A stretch of 64,000 bases of DNA from the NCBI GenBank assembly GCA_965637545.1, contig OZ281494.1:5084001-5148000 (forward strand), written 5' to 3'. Positions 1 through 12,600 of this stretch are shown here, in pieces (positions within the stretch are counted from its first letter, which is position 1; every line of letters starts with the position of its first letter). The stretch comes from Phallusia mammillata. Lineage: Eukaryota. The position numbers were made by a program, and so were the translations under genes. The notes under the pieces were generated by a model. That model was not told the origin of the DNA. It searched no databases and saw only the letters and a program-made list of their open reading frames with translations.

Positions 1-3000
1 CACCAATTTCACAATAAGATTGTAGGCCTCGATTGCTTCCAAAAATTTACTGTTGTCTGGTAAAAATTCTGCTGCTGAAATTATCTTTTCTAAGTGGTTA
101 AATACAGCAACAAGAAGAAAATATGCTTGCTTTTCAGTTTTAAATATTTTGTCGTTATTTAATATCTGTCGTAATTCTGTCGAAGTTTCTGAATTGAAAG
201 CAAATTTAGGAAATCGTTCAATCATTGCTTCCGCTGCAAGAACAAATAACCTTGCAAATTCTTTTTTCTCCAATTCTAATTTGCAATAAACTGCCATTGA
301 TTTTTCTAATAACTTTACATAAACCCTAACGGAATGTGAGCAAAAGAGAGAAACTGATTTTATAAGAATTCTGACAATTTCGTCATATGCATACGTAAAG
401 GATTCAGTGCTAACCACTTTGTTTAGCAAAACGATCAAAGACCTGCAGTCATTATCAGTTTTTATGGAATCCAAGGCCAAGTCAAAAACGACAAGAATGG
501 TAGTTAGCAGATCATCATCAAAAATCTTATGACCGCTAATCAACCATTTCAAAAAATTCAAGTATATCTTGCATTTAATGGTTTGCGGATCAAAACACCT
601 GAGTTTTGCTAATGTTGTCGGAAAGCTTTCGTTGTCTTCCAGATCCAACATTGATATCATGGCAGCTCTTCGTCTTTTCTGTAACTTGTCGTCGGGTACA
701 AATTCTGGAAAGCAGCACTTGCCTGTTAGTGTTGAATAGCAATATTGTATAACTTGCTGGTATCGTAAAGTTTACCAAGCATGTCGTGCATCATTGCACT
801 GAATCGAACGAGTTTGTTGGAAGTTTCCTTTTTCAACCCATCATCGACAACCTTGACAAGTTTGCAACAGATTTTAATTGCATAGGGGCGTTGTTGACTG
901 CAGCGACATGCTTGTTTTATGTCAGGCAGATGTTGTAACAAAGATTCGATTGGATTGTAACTTGGTTTGTACGAGATTTTAAAAGCATTTTGCTTTGACA
1001 AGGTTATGGTTTGTTCAGCAAATTCCATCCAGCCATCAATCGCGGAATTATAGTGACCCATCTTTCCTTCACATAACGCTATCGCTTCCTTTACATACAA
1101 AATGTGTAATATGTGTCTTTCGTCCTTGTAGTATTTTTCCATCTTGTCTAATGCATTTTGATAATGCGAGATTGCTAAGAATGGAACTTTGCTTTCATTC
1201 AACAAGCGGTCACCTGCAATCACCATGACTTCAATTAGTTCTGGAACTAAATCGGAATTCTCTTTGCACAAATCGTTCAGAACGTTGACAAACGACTCAA
1301 TGGTATATTCGTCGGTCTCAGAAAATGTTGACTTGCAAAAGTAACCATGTGCCTTTTTCATCAAACTTTGAGTTGTGTCCACGCCCCTTAGTTTTCTTTC
1401 GTTAAGTGCCTGGAACAGCAAAATGCGACCTCGTTCCATATTACTGTCCAAGTGGCAATTTTCTTCAGCTTTGAAAAAATGTTGATAAGCAATTTCATAT
1501 TGACTTTTGCTGTAATAACATCTGCCTAACATTAAGTGAATGTCGGAAATTTCATTAAAAAGATTCCTTTCGTCGTGATTTGAAACGTGTTTCAATTGCT
1601 TCGTAAAACAGTCAATCGCTTGATCGTATTGCTCAAAACGAAACAAAACACTTCCATGTGAGTAAAATACATCAGTTGTGTTTAATGGTTTGAGTCCACA
1701 GTTGCTGTCAAACGATGTAACTAAAGATTCTTGGAACTGAGTTCCGACGCAAATCAAATGTTGCAAGCCTGAAATATACACCGTTTCTAAAACGTCGGAT
1801 CTTTTCTCTCAGGATTTCAGGATTTCAGGATTCGATTTCCCACCCGCTAATGCATCCTTTTGTGCCCCTTGGTCAAAGTACGTTTTTGCACGAGCATAGT
1901 TGGCAATGGCAACCGCAATTTTGATGTCGGCACAAAATTCAGTGTTAATTAACTTCTTTTCATGTAAGCCTTGAATAATATCATATGACGATTCTCCATT
2001 GATCCCAAGCAACATTCCCAATTGTGGTAGCAATATAGTAATTCCTCGGTAAAGATCTTTCTTAACATGAACTGCTTGGCCATGGTTTAACTTGCGATAA
2101 CTGTACTTTGAAATGTCGTTGTGAATATTGTCAACCACCTTGCTCCTGCATTTTTGAATTTTCATTTTTTTAGCAATTTTGTCTCTTATTTGGATGTGAA
2201 AAGTTGCAGCTACTTCTTTACCAGTTGGTTGACCTTCTTTGTTTTCGCCAGAAACAAATACCGAATATGAAATAATATCTGCCAGGTGATAACCTTCCTT
2301 CAGCTCTATTTCCTCATCAACAAACCTCAACATATTATCCACAGTTTGTATCAATTCTGTGTGCCAAGGTTTGTTTTCAGTCGGCAATCTTCCCAATGGA
2401 TTTTTACAAGCATGAGGTAGAAAACCGTCGACGGAGAGTCCGCGTCTTGTTGTAACATCAACAAACCAGTCACCACCTTCTGTCTCAAAATCATTAAGAG
2501 ACTTTATACCCATTGCTGGTAAAATTGTCTCTCCCAGTCCGATGACCATGAGTTGAGCCAACATTGCGTAGTTACGAAAGTAGTTCATCACAACATTGTC
2601 AACTGCGAAGTTATTTTGCAACACCAGAATACTCTCAAAATCTGAAAATGGGGTTACTTCACGTTGTGCGAGAGACCCTAGCCCTAAGACTGCAAACGAA
2701 CATGGAGGTTTGCTCATTATAGTTAGACAATCTTCAAAAACGGTTTTAATGAATTGCGAAAAACTGTGTGCTACAACACCTTGGTATGCTTCCATGGTTC
2801 CTTGAAATTTAAGTTTACTTTCATTGTTTCCACTTTCTTCGTTTGTAAATGGGTACTTAATTTCCAGAAAACTTTTGAGCATTTCTTCTCTCATAACTTG
2901 TAAATTGTTTTGATTTTTTTCTGTCATTGACATGAACAACTCTAAGCTGTTCTCCCGTTCGATTTTACAAAATATAGAATCGTATAAAGAAATCAGTTTC

Positions 3001-3491
3001 TGCTTAGTTGTGTCAAACAAACGTGGCCATTGCTGCGATCGCTCCAATGCAGCTTGATATAAAGCAGCACTTCGCAACGCATCGAATCTGGCAGTTTTGA
3101 GGTCAGAATTTCTAACAAACTTTTTATGATAGACTTCAGCCAACATGAAAATAATGTGAGAAGATTCAAAGGTGTTTTCTTTCTTTCTATTTTCTTTGAA
3201 GACTGTTTTAAGCCGTGTAGCAAGCGTTTTTTCCTGATGATCTAAAAAAGTGTATTTTGTTAGGTTTAACAAATGGTTACCACGTTGGCTACAATTAGGT
3301 CGACAAGATATACGCAAGCAGTGAGTTCTATTGTGTGTTGTGTGTACAGTGTGTGTACAACCATGTTTTGATACCATGAATGTGAAAAGAGAAAGCATTG
3401 CCTGCTCACTAGGCATTGTCTTCGTGTTTCGGGTCGCAATTTGATCTTTGTGTAAGTCAAAGCATGTTTTCTTACCTAAATCATCTTCCAT
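1..3491 (-). pseudogene. NTase-TPR paralogue copy 1 (disrupted; runs off the left edge of the window)
   Basis: 16-nt exon 1 at 3491-3476 (ATG GAA GAT GAT TTA G|GTAAG); acceptor TTTAG| at 3242. ORF 1809-3497 has GLGSLAQREVTPFSDFE. In-frame TGA at 1811-1809 from an (AATCCTGA)x3 expansion. ORF 726-1781 is the TPR part and ends in a second stop (QH-TAA). Homology with further indels continues to base 1 (NDKIFKTEKQAYFLLVAVFNH...EAIEAYNLIV). Confidence 0.9.
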
Positions 3492-4439
3492 TTTCACGGC
3501 GATGTTTTTATGACAATTTGCATTGTCACGTGGTTCAGTAGCTACCCCAGGCTAAACTTAACTTCACTGTCAACAAGTGTCTTACATACACAAGAAATCT
3601 ACAGTCAATACGCTATAGGTTAAACATGTGTTTGATATAAAACCGCTATATATCAAAACCACAAAAATATTTTAAATAAGAAACTGCTCCATACGAAGTG
3701 CCCTATATATTTGCTCCATGAAATAGAACACGGTTGTATAGAATCCATCTGAATCCGCTTAAAACAGCCATGGGTAAAAACCTGTTAGTAGTGGCTCTCA
3801 ACCTTTCTTACCATGTGACCTCTTTGGTTTACTCTGCGATTATCGGTGCGTACCTAGGCCGACTAAATATAATGCACGACATAATTATAAGCTGACAATG
3901 ACTGAAAATCACAACAAACTACAACATCAGTTTATTGTTCGATCATCTACTAACATTGACTTGATTGGAATTAATAAGACGAAACATTTAAAAACCCAGT
4001 AAATACAGAAACTAGCTGCTTCTCCTAAAAGCAATTCAAACTTTGTTTGTTATTTCAACATGGCGTGAACAAATTGAACCAAAATACTTCCACAACTGTG
4101 GGTTATTTTTGTCATACTATAGTTAAAATGTCTCAAAAATGAATGTCACTCTACAACAAAACCTAAAGCGCAGTTACGTGAACAGGCAAAAACAACTCTC
4201 GAATCTGTCCTATAAAAAAGTTCTGTACTGATAATACCTACATCGTATATAGCCTTGTGGAAGGCAGGTTTTATAGCAACCAGCATATCGGCAGCCAGTC
4301 CTCAAATTTACAAGATCAACTTTGCTTTGGTCCCAAGCATTGATCCAAAGTCGCTTTGTCAAAATTTTATCTGGCATTTAAAGGTTGGCTTTTGTGTTTG
4401 TTCTGCAAATACAGGGTAACTGTCTTGGCGGGGTATAAC

Positions 4440-5760
4440 ATTTTAAGACTTTTTATTGAATGGGCTAAGGCCCACCGAACTCCCCGTTAATGTTTGTTGG
4501 GAACACATCGTAGGTTGAAGCAGTAATTTTATTTTATCGAACCTACAATCTTGCGAAGTACCTAGTGAAAGTTATTTCTCCGCTCGCGGCAATACAGAAT
4601 GGACTGTTTTGAACTCGTCCAAGTTTGTTCAAGAGATAGCATAGTTGCTGCCCCTGTCCAACGAAGAGGTAATAGTGTCGTATGACGTCGTGTCCCTTTT
4701 TACAAGTGTCCCAGTGCAATTGGAGATGGACATCGCGTCATCCAGGATTTTTAACGATCATAGCCTAAAAGACAGAACACCTTGGCCCCTCGTTGGATAT
4801 TGTGGACGGTTTGCGGATTTGCTTGGAGCAATCCTTTTTAACATTCAGGGGAAGCTTTTACCAGCAGGTTTAAGACACAGCGATGGGTTCCCCGGTCTCT
4901 ATGGTTGTCGCAAACATGACAATGGAAGCGCTTGGTGGAAAAACCTTATCAACATTTGCCAACTCACAAAGATGTTAACGATTTTTGTGTCATTGATAAG
5001 AACAAGGTTGAGGTATTTCTACGCCATCTCAAAGAGAAACAGCCAGGCATTCGGTTTACCATGGTACTCCAATCGGTAAACTGTCTTCCATTTTTAGATG
5101 TTCAAGCCACAAGAACCGATGACGGTGTCTTGTACTCGAGAGTGTATCACAAGCCCACGAGTACCGGCAGGTATCTCAATTTTCGATTTCATCTCCCCAC
5201 ATACCAGAAAAGAGGGGTGGTTTGTTCCCTAAATGATCAGGCACGACGCTTGTTCACTTATAGCGACGACTGCGAGGCGTAACTGGCAAAGCTTCGCAAA
5301 GCTTTGAAATTTAACGGTCACCCCGACTGGATTCTCCGTGATCGAAACTTCTACGGCATATGTTGCGTGACTTCGGCGTAGCGGTTGGCGTCCAACCTGT
5401 CAATACTCACCGCAAGCTACTGAATCACCCGAAACATCCAATCAACACCTTTTAACAACGAGGTGTTGTATATTATATTCCCTGCGCCGAGTGTCCGTTG
5501 GTATATATCGGGGAAACTGAAAGGTCACACCAACGGGGCAACACAATGAACATCAAACAGACGTAATGGTCAGCGTGCTACAGGCATCTGCTTAAAGATT
5601 AGAGGCCTCATTCGTTATCGCGTGGTGTTTTCCTTGCGTTGTGACGGGCGTGCGTCCCGTTCTTTTTTTGTTTATCGTGCACTGTACTAGTCACATTCAG
5701 TGTTATTTACCCTGATGAAGACGACCTGTATAGGACGTCGAAACGTCGGAATAAATATAC
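4440..5760 (+). mobile_element. Penelope-like retroelement relic (RT plus GIY-YIG endonuclease), frameshifted
   Basis: Fragments read TYNLAKYLVKVISP, VSYDVVSLFTSVP, LPFLDVQATRT...VYHKPTSTGRYLNF and GVVYYIPCAECPLVYIGET, the Penelope RT/GIY-YIG motif order, followed by a hammerhead motif at the 3' end. Confidence 0.88.
5703..5754 (+). ncRNA. Minimal type I hammerhead ribozyme at the 3' end of the Penelope relic
   Basis: CUGAUGA (5712-5718), stem II GACG...CGUC, then GAAAC-GUC (5740-5747). Stem I: CC/GG plus UUAUU/AAUAA around a 2-nt bulge. The palindromic ACGU in place of stem III is typical of Penelope minimal hammerheads. Confidence 0.8.
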
Positions 5761-5849
5761 ATTTGCCAGACGAGCTCTGCAACCAGTTATATTCACCATC
5801 GAAGTATTGTTATGGAGACCAACGTTGAAAGGGATGGGACATCAGGGAC

Positions 5850-5935
5850 GCTATACTAGAGTGTATTGCAGACAGGGTTTGATCTTTGCACACTCCACAT
5901 GGCAAAAACGCGTCTTGAAACATCAAAACAAGAGA
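5850..5935 (+). repeat. Short dispersed repeat, similar to ~37885-37975
   Basis: By-eye match: gtgtattgcagacagggtttgatctttgcacac...gcaaaaacgcgtcttgaaacat vs gtgttgcagacagtgtttgactttggcacac...gcaaaatcgcgtcttaaaacat. Confidence 0.5.
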
Positions 5936-6834
5936 GAAATTGCTTAATAGTTAGTTGAAGTGGGCCAAAGTTGGAAAGACGGCATGTAAACTATGCAGCC
6001 CTCGCAAATCAGTATTAACTTATCTGACCGGCAGTAAAAAAGTTTGGTGACTTCTGGCTTAAACCAAACGGCAACTACAACACCCAATGCCAACAAAAGG
6101 AAGTTTTTGCAAATAGCAAGGACTTCGTTAGCTGAAAAATAAGCATAATTAACCACGAATCGCACGTAAAGTTGTGCTGTTGTTTGGTTGCAGCCAACTG
6201 AACCCTTTATCTGACGGAAAATTTCCTTGTTGTTGTTGGAATACCAAGTCAATTCTTTTCACTGCTAAAACTCAGTCAAGTCTTCGAAAATGGTGACTCT
6301 AGTCGGACTCGAGACCCCATCACTGCTAACTCGTTCAAAACAAGGTGGTTTGTTCCCCTAGGTACCTTCATACCACTTTAAAATTCTAATAGGGGGACAG
6401 ACAGCAAAATAAACGTCACACACACACACCTCTTGTTAGGCGTAGGTTCATGTGTTTCCGGACGATCATGGCACTTATGTATCATTATTGCAATAGTTGA
6501 AATTTAAGGAACACTATACTGTACGCGGATTTGAAAAGTAATTTATTCATAGACATTATTGTCAAAGTGCTGGTGTGTATGGATTTACATTACTTTACAC
6601 ATCTGCCATCCACTTTTTTTCCTAAGTGCTTTTTATACCGTGTTCTACAGCTTGATCGACAACTGTATTGATGATGGCAACAGAGATTGTTGAAACGTCT
6701 GGACGATGTTTGGCAATACACTTTGGCAATAAGGTTTATGAATAAAAAATTACAACGTTAGCACTTTTGCAATAATTCGACTAATTCAGGCCAAACGAGA
6801 GGAAATAACAAACAGCATCCTCCACTCTGACTAT

Positions 6835-8730
6835 TATCTGTGTTGGATGTTGATTAATCACTTATCATTATCACTTAGCAAAGTTTGCTATTTGATTGCG
6901 CCGATACAAAGTACGGACTAAACAAACAACGCAATTGTATGTTTAGTTGTGCAATCATGAGAAGTTTTTGCCAGTCATACTGGGTATGAGGCAATAGGCA
7001 TAGTTTGCTCAATGCGAATGTAGCCTTAGTGAATGTTCTACAAGTCAAAGTAGTTACTGGAGAACGTGAAATCAATTGTTTTATGTCATAATCGATAGAG
7101 TTAGGTCGTAGCTTATATGTTAGTATGTTGATAACCCCGCAATCGTGAACGTTGTTTAGGGTTAATCATTTTTGAAATCAAAATATGTTACATCTCAGTT
7201 AAGACTTGAAAGTGTTCATGGTCATTTAAATGCTGTGGAGTTTAGGATAATGTTTTCTGTATTATGGTTAGCAACAAAAATGTTTCCGGTAATGTTGCGA
7301 TTGAATCTGATTTATACTAGAAAAATAGTTGTATTTCTTCGAGGATTTTTGCCCGACATTTGGACGTAAGGTAAATAGACACTTGACACTAGAGTCAACA
7401 TAGGTGGTTACCAGCAAACGCAGCTGCGTAATTAGCCACACATACATGTCGGTTTCTCTATTTCAACACTATAATTTCTGCTTCGAAGATTTTAGTCAAC
7501 TAGTTTTCAATATTTTTTTGAACGATATATTTAGACTGTTTCATGAAGAACAGGTACAAAGCATAAATCATTTCTTTAAAAACAGAAATATATATTTCGC
7601 CTTGAATACACAGAAAAACATGCGGAATCAGATGACCGACACACACACGCACGCACGCACGCACGCACGCGCGCGTTGGTTTCAGTGGGTGATTGACTAC
7701 TGAATAATAATAAAACGTAAGTCGATGGGACAATTTTCGTTAGTCGTTGTGAATGTTTTACAAGGCCCAAATGAATTGGTACAAAATATTCACGGATTCA
7801 TAGACAATCCTAGCTCCCGTTCCATTTTTTGCTCTATGATTACAAAAGTGACAACAGCTCTTAGTTCAAAGCAAAGAATGCGCGAAAGTTGCAAGTTGCA
7901 AGAGTACAACTTGTCGGCGCGAACACTAAACTGCACTATAAGCACTTCTGTAGATCTGTATCTAGAGGAGCTGTTCTTAAGCGATCCACTTATAAGTAAT
8001 AATGCCTGGCGTTCATTGGTATTCTTCACGCGCTTGCGACCACCCGAAACTGAAATAGAGTGTTTTTTGACAGGGAAGCTCGCCTTCCATCTCGCTATCG
8101 ATCATTTGCACAAGGTCGCATTTTCAATGCTAATAACAATCACAAGCTTTGATCGTTGTTATCGCTAAAGTGTTGGCTCCGCGGTCAGCACGACAACAAC
8201 GTCATTTAACCGCCATTTCCAAGTTTTACACAGATGAACGACACATCGAAGACAAACAAGACCACGTAGCAAACCCTCTTTTTGGGGGGCACTAACAACT
8301 ACTTGGAATTCCTTTGAAGCTCAACTGCTGTATAGAACTTACCGTCATCACGCAAACTTGTTGCTTTAAAGTTTGTTTGGCACGGCTTAAACGCCGTTGC
8401 ATTCAAATGCCATGTTGGTAAAAAGTGTATTCATTGTCAAATAACAAAATATCAACGCCAACCATAGAGTGATTTCCAGTTTCGAGGTTTCTTCCGACAG
8501 ATCTTCTAATCGCGGCAAACAGTTTACTATAAAGTTATGAATGGTTTTCTTCGAATTTACCGTCACCGAAGAACCATGTTTAAAGCTCGTAATATGACGA
8601 AACGCTTTCATCGCCTCATAAAAAGCGCAATCATGTCAGGACTAGTGGGCCTCAAGTAGTCTCACCTAAGTTATGCTAGGAATCAGCACAGCTCGGAAGA
8701 CCAGCAAGCTTTATCGACTCAACATGTTTA
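6835..8730 (+). repeat. Duplicated block A, homologous to 17061-17146 plus 24294-28230
   Basis: Colinear matches such as atctgtgttggatgttgattaatcacttatc, gagtcaacat, aaatgaattggtacaaaa and gggggcactaacaactacttggaattcctttgaagctcaactgctg. A CA/CACG microsatellite sits at the equivalent position in both (7639-7675 and 25211-25262). Confidence 0.9.
7965..8730 (+). mobile_element. Ty3/Gypsy pol relic (RNase H to integrase), degenerate
   Basis: FFTRLRPPETE...LAFHLAI; closely matches the better-preserved copy at 27229-28230; SDRG-QF-like integrase remnant near 8500. Confidence 0.75.
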
Positions 8731-9689
8731 CGGTTGCCGTTACTGTTTCTCGCAAATTCTCTTGCTCGAAACAACATGAAACTTCACCTCAAACGGTTCT
8801 CTCATCGTTAAAGCAATGATACGTAAACTTGGTCAAACTCTAATGTCGTATCACTTGGGGTTTCCGCAGCAATGACCTAGTATGGAAAGAAGCGGACAGT
8901 CCCGATAACGCAACCTCACGATGGTCCTTGGCAGTGGGGCTGCTCACTACTCCACACCGGCCCCTACTTTGGCTGACCCACCAGATCCCAAGCCAGATAT
9001 TTTAATTTAAGGCCAACACACACGCACGCGTCATATCCGTTTACCGCTTTATGTGCCGATTTTTATTCTGTACCTTTCTGGATGTTTCAGCGGTCTGTCC
9101 TTTTTACCTTTTTGAAGTTTGCCCTTTTCATTTCAACGGCGAACCGGACAGATTGTTTTTGTTTTGTTTTTCTTTTACTCTCGTCTGATGCGGCATACTT
9201 GTACATTGTGTCGCACGCATGATTTCGTTAATCTTCACTCAGCACAACGCTAAGAAAATCATGTCATTGCTTTTGTAGTGTTTTTTTACCACTCTTACAT
9301 CTTTTCACATGAACATGCATGGAGACTTGTTATTACAACTAAGCAATTACGGACAGATCTAAAATGCACAAACAAACTTCTTTTTTCTAAAAACACGTTG
9401 TGTTGTAGTGTGCAATATTCTACTTTCCAAATTATTTGTTCCTGCCTTTCTGAAAATTTTAAAAGTGTCAGAAGTTTTAAAATTGACATCGGTTTAGTAC
9501 TTTGTAAAAAAATAAACAAAAAATTTGCTAAGAAATGGTACTAAAAAAATATTTTGTCAAATTTGGAAAAACGTTTATTACTTTTAGATGATAGGAAACA
9601 GGAAAAAACTGGCTGTTAAGTTGAACGTTAAGTCTACAGTTGCTACTGAACCACTTTAAAGAACAAAGAAGAAATAAAAAAATTACAAA

Positions 9690-12600
9690 ATGACTGACGA
9701 TTTAGGTAAAAATACACACAATGTCCAAACCTGTAATTATGAAATGATGAATAACTTTATGTCTTGTATTCTTTTTTAAAGTATCATAGATCAGGGCTTC
9801 TCAAACTGTGGGTCGCGACCCCAACACGGGACAATTTGTAGCACTTAAAAGAGTATTACCGGCCTATTAGCCATATGAGCCAGACATTTTATGCCTACTG
9901 TGTGCAAACAATGCGAAAAAGCAGATACCACAAGCGTCACAATTATAGATTATGACGTCATAAAAACTAAGACTGACAATCTGTGTATCAAGTAAAAAAT
10001 TAATTGGGCTTTTTTAGGCGCCATTAGATGGTATATATATAAAATATAAGTATTTCTTTACATCATAGCCATAAAGGGGTCGCGTAGAAATTTATGTTTC
10101 AAAATAGGGTCGCAGAGCAAGAAAGTTTGAGTAGCCCTGTCATAGATGCCATCTGGCTAACTTAGGCCATCTGAGGCAATGTTAAAAAATAAGTTTTAAT
10201 ATATAAACGCTGCTGGTTCAGTTGCGCAAAAAATTTGGGTACATTTTGACTAAATATAAGTTATCGATACAAAGGGAAAGAAAAATTCGACCTGTTAATG
10301 ATGCATGTGATCTGTTTAGATCGCCAAGAAGAGAAGATTGGTACGCGACTTAGAAAAGTCTGCAATGAGAAGGGAGAAGAAGATGAAGAAAAGATTTCAG
10401 AATCAGCAAACATGATTTCGCATTTGGGAAAGATTTATCATCAAAAATTTTGCCTAAATTCTGACGTTAAAACTGCAAGATTTGATGCGTTGCGAAGTGC
10501 TGCTTTATATCAAGCTGCATTAGTGAGGTTCAAAGCAAATTCCGATGCTTTTCATGCAACTAAGCAAGAGCTGATTTCTTTGTATGGTGATGTTTTTCGA
10601 TTTATTCATAAAAGTGACAATCCAAACGTTTTGGAATTTATAACAAAGAGAATCAGAAACAAATTAACAATAATGAGAAATCAACTCACAAAAAAGTTCA
10701 ACAGAATTGAATACCCATTCAAAGATGAAACCAAACCTAACAAACAAAGTGAAATTGAATTTCAAGAAAAGATGAGAGAATACCAAAATATGGTGACAAC
10801 CAATTTCACGAAAATAATGCAGGGTGTTTTTGAAGACTGTTACACTGTAATGGGCGAACCCCCATGTTCGTTTGCAGTGCTAGGATTGGGATCCCTGGCA
10901 AAAGACGAAGTGACTCCATTTTCAGACTTCGAAAGCATTCTGGTGTTGCAAAACAACGTAAAGGTTGACGATAACGCGATGAACTACTTTCGAAACTACG
11001 CAATGTTGGGTCAACTCGTGGTTATCGGACTGGGAGAAACGATTCTACCAGCAATGAGTATAAAATCTCTCAATGATTTTCAGAAAGATGGTGGTGACTG
11101 GTTTGTTGATGTTGTAACGAGACGAGGACTTTCTTTCCCTGGTCTTCTATCAACTGCTTGTAAAAATCCATTGGGAAGATTGCCGACCAAACACAAGCGT
11201 TGGCACACAGAATCGATACAAACTATGGATGATAAGTTGAGCTTTGTTGATGTGGAAATAGAGCTGAAGGAAGGTTATCACCTAGCAGATATTTATTCAC
11301 GATCAGTATTTGTTGCTGGTGGCGACAAAGAAGGTCAACCAACTGGTGAAGAGGTGGCTGAAACTTTTCACTATAAAATTAAAGAGAAAATTTTACAAAA
11401 GTTAGGACATGAGTTAAATAAACTTAAACTATTTGTTCTCACAAAAAACGACATTGCAACATTCAGTTTTCAAAAGCTCAAACTTGGTCAGCCTGTTTAT
11501 GAAAGCATATATCTTTACAGAGGCGTTACCATATTGCTACCACAATTAGCAATGTTACTGGGCGATATAGGAAATTCATCGTACGGCATTATTCAAGGTT
11601 TACTTGACAAGGAATTAATACATCCTGACTTTGCTGTTGACCTTAAAATAGCGGTTGCTATTGCCAACTATGCTCTTGCAAAAACCTGCTTTGATAAAGG
11701 TGCACAACGGGATAAACCTCCTGATGGAAAAACAAATTCAGATCATAAAGGATCAGACGTTTTGGAAATTGTTTCAATTTCCGGTTTACAACATTTGATC
11801 TGCGTAGGAACTCAGTTTCAAGAATCGTTAGTTACATGCTTTGACAGCAACTATGGAATTATACCATTAAAAAGAAACATCGACAATATTTTGCCTGGAA
11901 GTGTATTGTTTCGTTTTGAGCAATACCAGCGTGCAATTGATTGGTTTAAACTGCAGTTGGAGTGCGTTTCCAATGACGACAATAACGACTTTTCAAAACA
12001 ACTATACCATATTCACCTTATGTTGGGCAGATGTTACTACAGTAAGAATCAGCACCAAGCTGCTTTAAAGCATCTCGAAAAATCCGAATATTATTGCAAA
12101 ACTGAAAATATTTTGGAACGTGGGCGTTTGTTACTTTTCAATGCACTTAACCAACAAAAACTTGGACACATGGATACAACCTTCGAATTAATGAATATGG
12201 CTAAAGATTGTTTATGTCGTGTTCAAAAGTCAGATTCAGACGAATACATTATTGAGTCATTTATCAACACTCTACAAGATTTGTCTAAGGAGAATCCTGA
12301 TTTTGTTCCAGAACTAATTGAAGTCATGGTGATTACAGGCGACCGCTTGTTGAATGAAAGAGACACACCATTTTTAGCAATCTCTCACTACCAGAAGGCA
12401 TTAGAACAGACGGAAAATCACTACATGGACGAAAGACACATATTACTTAAACTGTATGTAAAGGAAGCGATAGCAGTTTGTGAAGGAAAGCTGGGACATC
12501 ATGGTTCCGCGATTGATGGCTGGTTGGAATTTATCGAAAAAAGCAAAAGCCTGGCAAAGCATGATGCTTTGCAAATCTCATTTAGGCCAAAATACAATCC

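Noticed and set aside
1809-1811. In-frame TGA as selenocysteine or programmed read-through
   Set aside because: It arises from an 8-bp slippage absent in the paralogues, and further stops and indels follow downstream.
3242-3475. Stop-free N-terminal extension of copy 1 (ORF from 3497)
   Set aside because: It is the 234-nt intron 1, bounded by GTAAG and TTTAG at positions shared with the paralogues; not conserved at protein level.
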